64,000 bases of DNA from positions 419,974-483,973 of the forward strand of contig CAWKHH010000003.1 in NCBI GenBank assembly GCA_963849385.1, in the 5' to 3' direction. A program made the position numbers and the translations under genes. Position 1 is the first letter of the stretch. Each line of letters starts with the position of its first letter. Below, piece after piece: positions 38,070 through 48,714 of the stretch. Source of the stretch: Ignavibacteriota bacterium. GTDB lineage: Bacteria > Bacteroidota > Ignavibacteria > UBA10030 > UBA6906. The notes beneath the pieces are model-generated. The model was not told the origin of the DNA and ran no database searches. It saw only the letters and a program-made list of their open reading frames with translations.

Positions 38070-38941
38070 CAGTAGTACCTCTTCTGCTTCCGGGACAGTC
38101 CCGCGTATTCCCTTGCATACAGGTCGAGGCGCGTGATGCTTTCCAGGTCTTCCCGCATCCGGTCCGGTTCACGGATCAGCACGCACTGCGAGGTGAGCCG
38201 CACTTCGTCGAGATCGACCGTGGCAGTGGCGACGCCGTGGCGTCTTCCGGTTTGCGCGAGGATGTCCCCGTTGTGATCGATGATGCGAGCCGTCGCGGGC
38301 CGGTACCGGCCGGCGTACGCCGCATACGGCGGATGGTTCGCAAGGTTCGCTTCAGCCACGATGAGCGAATTGTCGACGGCGCGGGCAGTGAGCTGCGTGC
38401 GGAGGGCTTCCTGTGTGGGACCGTGCGAGACCGTGGGCCAGAAGAGAATCTCCGCCCCCTTGAATGCATAGATGCGCGGGATCTCCGGGAAATAGATATC
38501 CATGCAGATCATGACTGCGATCCTGCCGAAATCGAGTTCAAAGACCGGAAGTTCATTCCCCGGGGTGACATGCGGCTCTCCTCCGCCGTCGGCTGGATCT
38601 TGCGATAGAAACCGACGATCCTCCCTCTCCTGTCGATCACCGTTGCCTGGTTGTAGATCTTCCTTCCCGAACGGACGAGATACGGGGCAATGACGTTGAT
38701 CTTGTGCGCACGCGCCGCGCGCTGGAAGGCCCGCGGTGATTTCGCCGGGATACTCTTCCGCATGGTACTCCAGGTCTTTCGGAACATTTGCGGTGGTCAC
38801 CATTTCCGGAAGACAGAGTATGTCGGCTCCCTGAGCCTTTGCGAGGGCGATGTACCCGACGGCCCGCTCGATATTCATATCGATCGTGTGGGGCGAGTCT
38901 TCCACCAGAAACGCCGTCGTCCCGATTCTCACGTTACGCAT
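38069..38941 (-). CDS. Carbon-nitrogen hydrolase (nitrilase superfamily), with a compensating double frameshift about 38509-38787
   Basis: MRNVRIGTTAFLV... N-terminus with AAGGGAG RBS 7 nt upstream of the ATG at 38941. Authentic core (KINVIAPYLVRSGRKIYNQATVIDRRGRIVGFYRKIQPT) is in alternate-frame ORF 38509..38787. Catalytic-Cys region RIAVMICMDIYFPE. Confidence 0.7.
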   Translation of the reverse strand: MRNVRIGTTAFLVEDSPHTIDMNIERAVGYIALAKAQGADILCLPEMVTTANVPKDLEYHAEEYPGEITAGLPARGACAQDQRHCPVSRPFGKEDLQPGNGDRQEREDRRFLSQDPADGGGEPHVTPGNELPVFELDFGRIAVMICMDIYFPEIPRIYAFKGAEILFWPTVSHGPTQEALRTQLTARAVDNSLIVAEANLANHPPYAAYAGRYRPATARIIDHNGDILAQTGRRHGVATATVDLDEVRLTSQCVLIREPDRMREDLESITRLDLYAREYAGLSRKQKRYY

Positions 38942-38944
38942 GGT

Positions 38945-41796
38945 CAGTCTCCCTTTCCGACGCAGACGAGCGATCCGTCTCCGCTGACGACAGAGGACTT
39001 CGCAGAAACCGTCACCGTCCGCATCCGCAACAACCGGATTGCCGAGGGCACATCCGATATCCACGCTCCACCGGATGACCCCCCGCCCGGACGTATCGGT
39101 GCCGATGGCGAGGAGGCGGCCGTCGGTCGTCCCGGCGATGAATTCTTCCTTCCCGTCACCGTCGATGTCGCAGCTGACGATGTCCGCCGTGGTGCTCTGG
39201 AGATCGATGTTCCAGAGCACCCTTCCGGTGGTTCCCTCGAGGCAGCTGAAGATCCCGTTTGCCCGGCAGATGCCGATGCAGAGACGTCCATCGCCCTGCA
39301 CGTCCGCGATGCCCGGAAGCCGGAGCATCATGTCGGTAAACGGCGTCTGCATCCACCAGAGGATGGAAAAGTCGTCGCGCAACACGCCGAATCCACCGAA
39401 GCATCCTCCCACGAGAATCTCTTCCCGGCCGTCATTGTCCACATCGACAAGAATGGGAGAACCGTACGCCGTAAACGGATCCTTTGCGGACCCGAAATCC
39501 GCCTGACGGTCCTTCGTGAAATCCCAGTCAGGTTGATTCATCACGGAATTCGTGGCGCGCCAGAGAATCCACGGTTCCCGGATCCACTCGCCCGACTGGG
39601 CATCCAGGTGGCAGAGAAGATCTTTTGCGAGAAAGAGAATCTGCGGCCGTTCGCCGGCTGATTGAAGAACGGAATACGCGCTCCACGGTCCAACGCCGCG
39701 CCCCCATTCGCCCTTCGCCCTGCTGCCTCCGGTGCCATAGCGTGTTGCTGTGCAGGTCGATGGCGACGGTCTCCTCGGAGTTCATCGAATGAGGAGGCGT
39801 AGGACGAAGCGACAATGGTCACTTCCGTCTTCCCTTCTGCATTGTTCCCGCTTACGACGACCCATTCATAGAGGCCAATTCGTGTCGGCCCGGGAGGAGG
39901 AGTCTGAGAAAAGACCATGATCGTTTCACCGTGCCGTCGGGACTCAGGGCCATGAGTTCGGAATAATCTCCCCGTTCCGGGTTCACCGCCATCACTTCCA
40001 GTGTGCCGTCTCCGTCGACGTCACGCACATAGGCACTATGAAAGCAATTATCGTAGCCCATCCATCCGCGGCCACGTTTTTGCCACTTCTCCACAACTGT
40101 CATTCCTGATCGATCGACCTGCAACTGATGAAGCGTGTTGGTGTTGTCCGGTATTGTAACGAAGGGTTGCTGTTCCTGCGGTGCCCGGTAGACCACGGGC
40201 ACGGGACCCGGCCGGGCGGCGGAGAATCCTTCAAGCTGCAATCGGAACCCGACGGCCCACGATGCCTGGATGCCCTTATCTGCCCGAACAATGAGGATCC
40301 TACCGTTGTTTTCCGACAGCACGCATTCGCTCACGCCGTCGCCGTCAACGTCGGCAAGGGCCGTCATAACAAACTCGCCGGTGAGACCGAGCGGCGTCGA
40401 ACGAATTGAAATCCGTCCGTCTCTCCATGAGACCTCGGCAAACGAGCGGGTCCGGTCCGGCGCGACGGTGAAAAGGAAAATCGTCCCGCCACCTTCGGAC
40501 AATTCCGTCCATGTCTCATCATGGCCGAATTGCATCGGGCGGAAGTTCGATTTCCACCCCGAGGGGCGGAGCGCCCTCCCCGCAAATCTTGCATTATCGC
40601 AACTCCACAGAGTCGCGGGCTTTAGGTTCTTAACACTAATGACTTCCACCGTGGAAAAAGGAACCGGGTTGCGCCCAAAAACCTTGCCGATCAGCAGCTC
40701 AGACACGCCGTCGCCGTCGACATCCTGCACCCCCCAGAGGTACATGTCGGGCATTTCCATCTTGAGCGTGCCGGTCTTCGGATCGAGGATTTCCAGCCAC
40801 CAGCGCCCGTCCTTTCTGGCGTTGAAGAGACATACCACCAGCTCTGGTTTGCCGTCGCCGTCCACGTCCTTACCGAATTCCCGGTATGGCGAAGCTCCGT
40901 GGTGTCGTTGGGATAGATGAATTCAACGAACCTGTCCCAGAGGGGCGTGAAGGTTTCCGTTTCCGTCGTTGTCGATCACCGCAATATGCCGTGGCGACGC
41001 GCTCCGCGACGATAACGACCTCGCGCGCGCCGTCACCATCGATGTCGATGAGCTGGTTCAGGCCGTAGTTGCGGTGACGCTCGCCGTTGGAGGTCCAGTG
41101 GACAGACGAGGTCATCGTCCCGGTCAGGACGTTGAACACGTAGAGGCCGCACAGTTTGGAGACCACAAGCTCATCCACCCCGTCATTGTCCATGTCCGCC
41201 GCCGCGACGGTGGGATGAAACGCGTCATCCATCCAGAGCGTATGCGCCAGGACGCCCTCCCGCTTCCCGTTGCGGAAGTCGAACACCAGGACCTCCTTCG
41301 CGCTCATCAAGGGGGCGATCAGGTGCATGCCCCTGGACTTCCTGTCGAATCGGTGGCAGAGGAGCGTGCCGGCAGGAGTCCCGGCGGAAAGCGGAAAGCC
41401 CACGTAGTGTTTCATCAGGAGCCGGCCCGATTCGGCGGCAAGGACAATCACCTCGTAGCCGGTGCTGCAGACGATTTCCAGTCTGCCGTCGCCGTCGAGA
41501 TCCTCGACTGCGCCGATGGCGTTGATTCCGTAGCTCTGGCTTTTCCAGATTGTGGCGCCGGTCCCGTCTGTCCGGACGACGCACCCACCATAGGCGAAGA
41601 GGAGGTCCATCCGACCATCGGCGGCGGGAATGGGAAAGCATTCGTTTTCCGAGCCGCCGAGCGGAAACGACCAGCGTATTGCAGGCCGGGAAATCTTCCC
41701 GCGCAGAGGCGAACGGCCGCTCAGCCGGTGGTCGCGCCTGTACATGTGCCATTCACCTGGCGGAACAGCGAGGGGATCAGGACGCGGAGCTGTCAT
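38945..41796 (-). CDS. Large FG-GAP-repeat beta-propeller protein (~950 aa), fragmented by at least 3 frameshifts. May be translationally fused to the downstream CN-hydrolase.
   Basis: Repeated FG-GAP/Ca-binding-like motifs (DLDGDGRLEIV, DMDNDGVDELVV, DVDGDGVSELLIG, DVDGDGTLEVM, DVDNDGREEILVG, DIDGDGKEEFIAG, DADGDGFCEVL) across ORFs 40870..41796, 39852..40865, 39541..39918 and 38069..39544. N-terminus WHMYRRDHRLSGRS is beta-propeller-like. Confidence 0.55.
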
Positions 41797-41806
41797 GGGA
41801 GACGAT

Positions 41807-42785
41807 TCAGATGGAGAGCGTCTGTGGAAGACCGGTCTTCAACGATTCGAAGGCCTTGAGAATGAGAAGCGTGGCCCTGAGCCCGTCGACGTGAGTGATG
41901 GGAGGCGGAGTCTTGTTGAGCAGAGAGCGGACAAAATCCGTGTTCTCTTCGGGGAATCCGTACTCCTCCGGATCGGTCATCTCGTTCGAGTTCTCACCGT
42001 CGAAGAGCGTGACCGTTTTCAGCCTGTTCCTCAGGTGCGCGGTTTTTCGACCGTCGGTAACCTGAAAAGAAAACTTCGAGACGAAGGGGGTCTGTCCCGA
42101 ATCACCCTGTACAATGCTTGCCACTGCCCCGTTGTCGAACCGAATGGTCGCCACGATGTTGTCCACAATGTCTATCCCCCGGTGCGTGAAGTTGCCCCCT
42201 TCAGCGAAATATCCGGACCGGCTTCGATCGGTTGAGGTGGCAGACAAGGTCCATCGTATGGCAGCCCTGCGATAGGACGTTCCCGCCTCCTTTCAAAGGA
42301 TCGTTGGCCCAGAAGTCGTCGGGCCATCGTGCGTCCATCATCTGACCCATCGTGACGAGGGGTGAGGAGATAAACTCCTTGACGCGGGCAACCGAAGGGT
42401 AGTAGCGCATCTTGAAGCCGGTCATCAGGGTGATGCCATGCTTTTCGACCGCATTCCCGACCTCATAGCATTCCTGAAGAGTCAGGGCCAGAGGTTTCTC
42501 GACCATCACGTGCTTATGCTGCTCCGCGGCTCTGATGGCGAGAGTACTGTGTGTGTCGTGGTGCGTGCAGATGTAGACTGCATCGACCGTGTCGTCGCGC
42601 AGGACCCTTTCGGGATCTGTCGTGGCATAGACTCCCTTGAATCTCGCGCAGAAGGACCGGGCGCGGTGTTCCTCTGAATCACAGAAAGCGCGTATGGCGA
42701 CATGTTCGATCCGCGAAAGGCATTGGGCGTGGATTTCCCCCATGCTTCCGCAGCCGATGATCGCTAGCTGGAGATCTGCAGGCAT
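41807..42785 (-). CDS. Gfo/Idh/MocA-family oxidoreductase, second copy, with a frameshift about 42201-42247
   Basis: LAIIGCGSMGEIHAQ Rossmann motif; EKPLALTLQE; C-terminal domain in ORF 41807..42247. Confidence 0.75.
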
Positions 42786-42827
42786 TGCCGCCCGTCACTA
42801 GGTTATAGAAGAAAATCGAATTGAGAA

Positions 42828-43825
42828 CTACGCCGGCTTCCGGTGTTCCAGATAGTAGATAATGGTGTAGCCGATGTGACAGTACCGGGATTGGAGGTAC
42901 TTGGGCCATCCGTCCCAGGATTCCCAATAGAATATGAAGTTGTTCTCGAATGGGATCCGGTCCAACTCATGTATTCTGTAGAAGGCGTCCAGGTATCTCC
43001 CGTCGGATCTTTTGCCGAACGTCGGGGAGCCGTGGAAATCCGACGTTCGTGACCCCAACCCAGCGGCACTCTGCCAATTATAGTAGTACCCGCAATAGTC
43101 CTCTGTTCCCGTGGACAGATGTACGCTTCTCCCGTCAGGGACACAATAGAAATCCCTTTCCTCGAATGCCCTGTTGTTTTCCGTGACGCTGTCGGAGAGC
43201 ATCCAGTAATACAATGACCAGTATGCTCCTCTTGCCGACATTCTTCAGGGTCAGGAGCGTGTCATTGACATTGGCGTCGGTCAGGAGGCTGTCACCGGTG
43301 CGGGCATAGAACTCGTTGTAGCGGCCTCTCTCGCGCCTGCCAATCTCGTAGAAGATATTGTAGAATGCGGCCCAGGCCGTGTCACCCACGATGGTGATGT
43401 TCACCGAGTCGGAAAACGGAACATTAAAGTACGCATTATGTCCCGCCGTGTACCCGTTCAATAGGCCGGTATTGGTCACGGAAAAATACCTGCTGGTATA
43501 TCCGTCATTCCCTGTCGCGCTCGACATGATACTGGCCCGCGACATGAAGAGATTTCCGAATCTCCCGGCGAATCGAATCGTTCCGTCTACGCTGACTGTG
43601 CACATCGCCCGTGGCGGAGCAAGGATGAACCAGGAGTTGATCGTTCCACCGGCCGGCATTGGCAATTTTAAGATTCAGCGTTCCATCGACCCACATGTTT
43701 CCGGCCAGCGTCCCTATGGGGCCTGGCTCGTTCGATGCCGGTCCGCCGATAAGACTTTCGGTGTGTCTCTCTTGCCCCTGCGCGATTGAAGCGGCAAGAA
43801 GGAGTGCGAGGAGAAGTCGTTTCAT
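42828..43825 (-). CDS. Secreted DUF2961 / GH172-like family protein, fragmented by at least 2 frameshifts
   Basis: Signal peptide MKRLLLALLLAASIAQG. STGTEDYCGYYYNW resembles the DUF2961 GTEDYF signature. Pieces are in ORFs 43505..43825, 43135..43665 and 42828..43241. Confidence 0.55.
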
Positions 43826-43994
43826 TCTTCATTCCTAAGACGATGCCTGGCTGAAATGCAAGCTACGGGACTTTTAGCAATGTGTCAACCTGAAGTTTTA
43901 CAGGCGTCTGACATTTCCATGACACCTCAAAGGCGGATATCGCCCATCTTCTTTAGAATCAACGATGATTCTCTATTGAAGAGAGGGACACGTC

Positions 43995-44556
43995 ATGAAA
44001 GCAACTAACCTTCCTATCTGGGCCATTGCCGCCCTGATGTTTCTGGGTGGGGGTTGGGGAAAGATCGCTGCGCAACCATTTTCCGATCACCGTCAGGTCA
44101 TGTTCACCGAACGAAATCTCAGCGGACCCCGTATCGGTCTCACCTTTGTTCCGGGCGATAGTAAAATCCGGGAATCTCTGGACAAAAAGGGGATCGGCCA
44201 ACTCATCAGCCAGTTTGGTTGGCACTGGGAACATCGCATTAGTACCGGTGAGAATGGCCCGGCATTCCTCACCGAATGGATCCTGCTCGTGGGTGGTGTT
44301 GAATATGGAACCTTCATTCCGGGGACTGACATTGACATTCGGAATGCGGTTGGCAAATGGATTTGAGTTCGGGCTCGGACCAAATGTGCTGATCGGGGGA
44401 GACAATGGGGTGGCGACAGGACTCGCCATCGCGATGGGGGAGACATTTGACTTCGGCGGCGTGAGCATACCAGTGAACCTGGCAGTTGTGACGAGTCCGG
44501 AGGGCGGCAGACTCGCGTTTATCTTCGGGTACGCAATCGAAAGACATCCGGAATAA
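43995..44556 (+). CDS. Hypothetical secreted beta-rich protein (possible small outer-membrane beta-barrel), with a frameshift about 44330
   Basis: Signal peptide MKATNLPIWAIAALMFLGGGWGKIAAQ. Alternating hydrophobic pattern. C-terminal part continues in ORF 44047..44556. Confidence 0.4.
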
Positions 44557-44571
44557 AGAATAAAGGCAACG

Positions 44572-45501
44572 CTATCGCACGGCACTTACTTGCAGGAGGT
44601 CCACGACCATATCCCCGCGGTCGTCAATATGGAACGCAGGCACGAAGCGTTTTCCCCACACGAGCTCGTTATGACGATAGGAATAGCGGGCATGGACAGT
44701 TTGCCGGAACGTATCGTCGTACCCTTTGATGAGCACGAGCACTTCAGCCTGCAAGGCCGCAAGTTCTTCCGCCGTCTTTTCGAACAGCGGGCTTCCGGGA
44801 TTGATGCGATGAACCATCGTCCAGGTCAGGGGCAGAAAGTAGACGGAGGGGACCTCAAGTTCCAGGACATCGTATTTGCGAGTTGGCTTCCCGTCCTGCA
44901 TCACCACGGTCATTAGCAACAGGCGAGCATCCACTTCCATGAGGGTGGTGCTCCTCCGATTTGCCACACGAAACATCAATGCAGGAGAGTCTTTGTGTTG
45001 CGTGACCACCATCGAGTCGCTGAACACCAATCGCGCGCTTGCCCTGGAGAAACGGCCATAGAGGACACCGGTGGCAATGGCAAAGCTCATAAACCCGATC
45101 ATGGCTTCGAGCGAGGCTGTGGCATTTGCTGCAAAGCCCGATGGCGCAATGGTGCCATACCCCACAGTCGTGAACGTTTGCGTACTGAAGAAGAAGGCGC
45201 TCAAAAATGAGTGCAGCGGCGTGGAGGCATCCGCTCCGGCGAGATTACCGATGCCGATCCAGAGATAGAGCAATGCGAATCCTGCATTGGCCACCAGGTA
45301 GCCAGACAGGAGGAGCACGATGAATGAAGGCCAGGAGATGGAGACGAGAAACTGGTAGATATGCAGGTCATGAACCCTGGCACCACGACGTTTAACATTG
45401 AACGACCCGTCTTTGTTGATCGCGCGTCGCAGAGAGCCGGTATAGGATTTCGTCAAACCGGGATCGAAGTTGATGTCGGTCATAGTAATGGCGATCAACA
45501 C
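44572..45501 (-). CDS. Inward-rectifier-type potassium channel (KirBac-like)
   Basis: Two TM helices flanking the selectivity filter TTVGYG; cytoplasmic Ig-like Kir C-domain. Confidence 0.85.
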   Translation of the reverse strand: MLIAITMTDINFDPGLTKSYTGSLRRAINKDGSFNVKRRGARVHDLHIYQFLVSISWPSFIVLLLSGYLVANAGFALLYLWIGIGNLAGADASTPLHSFLSAFFFSTQTFTTVGYGTIAPSGFAANATASLEAMIGFMSFAIATGVLYGRFSRASARLVFSDSMVVTQHKDSPALMFRVANRRSTTLMEVDARLLLMTVVMQDGKPTRKYDVLELEVPSVYFLPLTWTMVHRINPGSPLFEKTAEELAALQAEVLVLIKGYDDTFRQTVHARYSYRHNELVWGKRFVPAFHIDDRGDMVVDLLQVSAVR

Positions 45502-45563
45502 TAAAGGATTTGGAATTGTTCCCCACGCGGTTCCACAAACGCATTTCTACCGTTGCTGCCTCT

Positions 45564-46547
45564 TCAATGCTGGTAGGCCATCGCTTTGAGAAGCAAGATC
45601 CGCTTTTCCACAGGCGGATGAGTGCCAAGAAGGTCTGCCATAATACCCTCCCGTTCGTTGGCTTTGCGTCCCAGGGGATCCGCAATGCAAAGATGGGCGG
45701 TCCCCTTCTTGATTGACTGCGTCGGTTCGTCCGCGTCCGTGATCTTCTGCAGCGCCGCGGCAAGCGCGTTCGGATTGCGGGTCAATTCCGCGCCGGAAGC
45801 GTCTGCAAGGAACTCCCGCTGGCGGGAGACCGCCATGGCGAGGAGTTGGGAGATGATGGGTGCCAGGATGAGCGCAATGACCCACACCAGCATCAGAATC
45901 CCGAGTCCCCCGCCTCCCCCTTTCGAGCTTTTCTTCCCTCCCCTTCCACCTCCGAATCGCAGCACCCGCGTTCCGAACTCCGTCATGAGCAAGACCGTTC
46001 CGATGAGGGAGGCGACGACGGTCATCAGCCGGATGTCGTAGTTGCGGATGTGACTCATTTCATGAGCGACGACCGCCTGGAGCTCGTCGCGGGTCAGCCG
46101 TTCCACAAGCCCTTCTGTGACTGCAATAGACGCGTGCGCCGGATCCCTGCCGGTGGCAAATGCATTGGGGTCCTGGTCGGGCACCAGATAGACCTTTGGC
46201 CGGGGAAGGCCCGCTGCGATTGCCATCTCGTCTACGACATTCATGAGCTGACGGTATTTGGGATCGTCTTCCGGCACCGGGATGGCTGTGGCTGAAGCCA
46301 GAATGGCCGCATCCCCGCTTCGCGCACTACGGACCGCACCGATCCCTCCGATCGACATGGCCATGAACGTCGCAATCGGAATCGGAAAGCCCATTTCCTC
46401 GTCGCTCTCCAGCCCATACCCCGTCAGGAACAGATCCAGCCCGAACCCCAGGAATCCAACGAAGAGGACGAAACCAACGAGTACCAGAACAGTCAGCGTC
46501 TTGTTGTGGGCCTGCTGTTCGTAGATGTTTCTCGGCACGAGAGGCAT
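45564..46547 (-). CDS. htpX: M48-family zinc metalloprotease HtpX homologue
   Basis: HEMSHIRNYD (HExxH) plus downstream EFLADASGAE. Membrane-anchored N-terminus and a glycine-rich linker. Confidence 0.85.
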   Translation of the reverse strand: MPLVPRNIYEQQAHNKTLTVLVLVGFVLFVGFLGFGLDLFLTGYGLESDEEMGFPIPIATFMAMSIGGIGAVRSARSGDAAILASATAIPVPEDDPKYRQLMNVVDEMAIAAGLPRPKVYLVPDQDPNAFATGRDPAHASIAVTEGLVERLTRDELQAVVAHEMSHIRNYDIRLMTVVASLIGTVLLMTEFGTRVLRFGGGRGGKKSSKGGGGGLGILMLVWVIALILAPIISQLLAMAVSRQREFLADASGAELTRNPNALAAALQKITDADEPTQSIKKGTAHLCIADPLGRKANEREGIMADLLGTHPPVEKRILLLKAMAYQH

Positions 46548-46557
46548 CAGTGAACCG

Positions 46558-47121
46558 CTATTTCTTTAGGGAGAGATCGACGTTCGGCACGGCCCGTTCC
46601 GCCGCTTCGGTCACCTCGAAAAGCTCCGAGGGCTGGAAACCGAACATGCCCGCGATGATGTTGGCGGGAAAAACCTGTTGCGCGATGTTGAATTTCGTCG
46701 CAATATCGTTGAAGAACTGCCGGGCGAATCCAATTTTGTTTTCGGTGCTCGAGAGCTCCTCCTGGAGCTGCTTCACGTTTTCGTTCGCCTTCAGCGTCGG
46801 GTAGTTCTCCGCGAGGGCGAAGAGCCGACCCAGGGCTCCGGTGAGCGCATTTTCCTTGACCGCTGAGTCAGCGACCCCGGAAGCCGTCGTTGCGGCATTC
46901 CGCGCCCGGATCACCTTGTCCAGCGTCTCCTGCTCGTACTGCATGTACCCCTTCACCGTGTTGACAAGATTCGGAATCAGGTCGTGCCGGCGTTTCAACT
47001 GAACATCGATTTGCTTCCAGCCGTTCTGGACTTGATTTCGCAGCGTAACAAGCTTGTTGTACTGGCCTATTCCCCAGAAGAGGAACAGCAGGAGTATGCC
47101 GAAGACCACGAGTAGAATCAT
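46558..47121 (-). CDS. lemA: LemA family protein
   Basis: N-terminal TM helix followed by the conserved LemA core (NQVQNGWKQIDVQLKRRHDLIPNLV...ENYPTLKANENVKQLQEEL). Confidence 0.9.
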   Translation of the reverse strand: MILLVVFGILLLFLFWGIGQYNKLVTLRNQVQNGWKQIDVQLKRRHDLIPNLVNTVKGYMQYEQETLDKVIRARNAATTASGVADSAVKENALTGALGRLFALAENYPTLKANENVKQLQEELSSTENKIGFARQFFNDIATKFNIAQQVFPANIIAGMFGFQPSELFEVTEAAERAVPNVDLSLKK

Positions 47122-47452
47122 TGATAGCTCCGGATTGATGGATAGAAGCGCCTCGTAAACGTAGGGAGAATTGACTACGTCGACAATTGATTGATCATCA
47201 CTTTAAATTACGAAGATTTTGGACATTTTGTTGCCGAAATATTGACAGGAATCGCGGATTGTCAGACGCGATTCCTGCATTGGGATGTGCATGCGTTGGG
47301 ATGTGCTAGACTGACAGTATAAGGGATTAATTCCTTTTTCATCCCTTTGGGTGATGTAATTTACCATCACTTTCTTATCCTGACAGTGGAGTCTCACGCG
47401 GACTTTTCCCCGCGTTCGTGGAACCAGGAGTCAACTCTTCAAGGGGGTCAAC
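47122..47452. promoter_or_regulatory. Divergent intergenic region (lemA to DUF932 copy 2) containing a perfect 11-bp inverted repeat and short tandem/dispersed repeats. Putative operator and promoter region.
   Basis: CAGGAATCGCG (47246-47256) / CGCGATTCCTG (47267-47277) with a 10-nt loop. Tandem GCATTGGGATGTGC/ATGCGTTGGGATGTGC (47277-47306). The hexamer TGACAG appears four times on the plus or minus strand. AT-rich stretch at 47160-47240. Confidence 0.4.
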
Positions 47453-48618
47453 GTGACTAATCACAGGAAGTCAGAAGGCGGCACTACTTCATTGCACGAC
47501 ACTGCTGCTGCCCCAGATGAGATCAAGGTGCCGGCAATTCCAGGCCAGGAAGCCGTGTTCCTTGGATGGCAGGAAACAAAGTCGGGGGATTTGTTTCCCC
47601 TCTACAATATCCAGAAGACGTCCCATCCATCGAATCGATCGACTGTCACTGAAGCGACCCTTCACTCGATGCACTTGCGACACTCCACGGACTCCGTCTC
47701 CTTTTTCCGGTGTTGGACCATCTCCATGGCACAAACTGGGCACTGAATTGACCAATTTGGCAACAGCCAGAGAAGCGATCGAAGCTGCCGGATTGAACTA
47801 CACCGTCGTCAAGAAACCTTTGAAGGAAGTCCTGGAACTGGGCCACCCAGCCGATGTTTCCCATCGTTGGGCTACGGTGAGAACGGATACGGGCGAGGTT
47901 CTGGGCATCGTGGGAGACAGCTACGAACCGATGCAGAATCGAGATGCATTCGCATTCTTCGACAACCTGGTCGGTACCGACGAGGCGATATACGATGCTG
48001 CGGGCGCACTCGGCCATGGTGAGCATATCTGGATCCTGGCCAAACTCCCCGGGTTCATCACAAGTTCGCGGTAAAGACATTGTGAACAAATACCTTTTGC
48101 TCTCAAATAGTCACGACGGCAGCTCTCCTGTGCGAGTGAAGCTCACGCCTGTCCGCGTGGTCTGCAACAACACACTCAGTGCTGCATTCCAGGGCGCAGG
48201 TGAAGTCCGTATCCCCCAATCATCAAGTGCACCGGGGGATTTGGCGCAAGCTCTTTCGTTGCTCGGCTTATCAAATTCCCTGTTTGGACAACTCGAAGTT
48301 ACGTTCGACCGTATGGCGCTCACGAAGATCACCGACAAGCAACTCATGGACTACGTGGAGGCGCTCGTCCCGGACAACGAAGAGGATGCGGACAAAGCGA
48401 GGGCCAAGGAAATCCAAACAACGTGCCTTGACTTGTACGAGTCCGGACAGGGTGCCGAGCTCGCCCGCGGGACATTATGGGGAGCATTCAATTGCGTCAC
48501 TGAATACACAGACCATAAGATGGAGAAGAATCCTGATTGCCGCTTGGCATCAATCTGGTTCGGTCGAGGAGCGCGTTTGAAACTCAAGGCATTTCAGTTA
48601 GCCGAACGTATGATGTGA
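47453..48618 (+). CDS. DUF932 (phage/plasmid-like protein) family gene, copy 2. GTG start at 47453. Two single-base frameshifts (about 47700 and about 48060).
   Basis: ORFs 47453..47746, 47517..48074 and 47944..48618 together give a ~390-aa protein that is ~75% identical to copy 1 (PWHKLGTEL, KYLLLSNSHDGSS, TLWGAFNCVTEYTDHKME, LAERMM). The one-base insertion is at a different site from the one in copy 1. Confidence 0.65.
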
Positions 48619-48714
48619 TCTAAAACCCGGAATCGTCTATCGGTCTACGAAGCCGGGGGGATATGCATGCCAACTTCAGTCGCCGCATGAGGTGGGACCA
48701 TCCAAAGCGTACTG

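Noticed and set aside
38944-39291. ORF 38944..39291(-) as an independent gene
   Set aside because: Ser/Ala/Pro-rich low-complexity translation overlapping the FG-GAP repeat frame. Only its last about 20 codons may be relevant, as a possible true C-terminus of the propeller gene.
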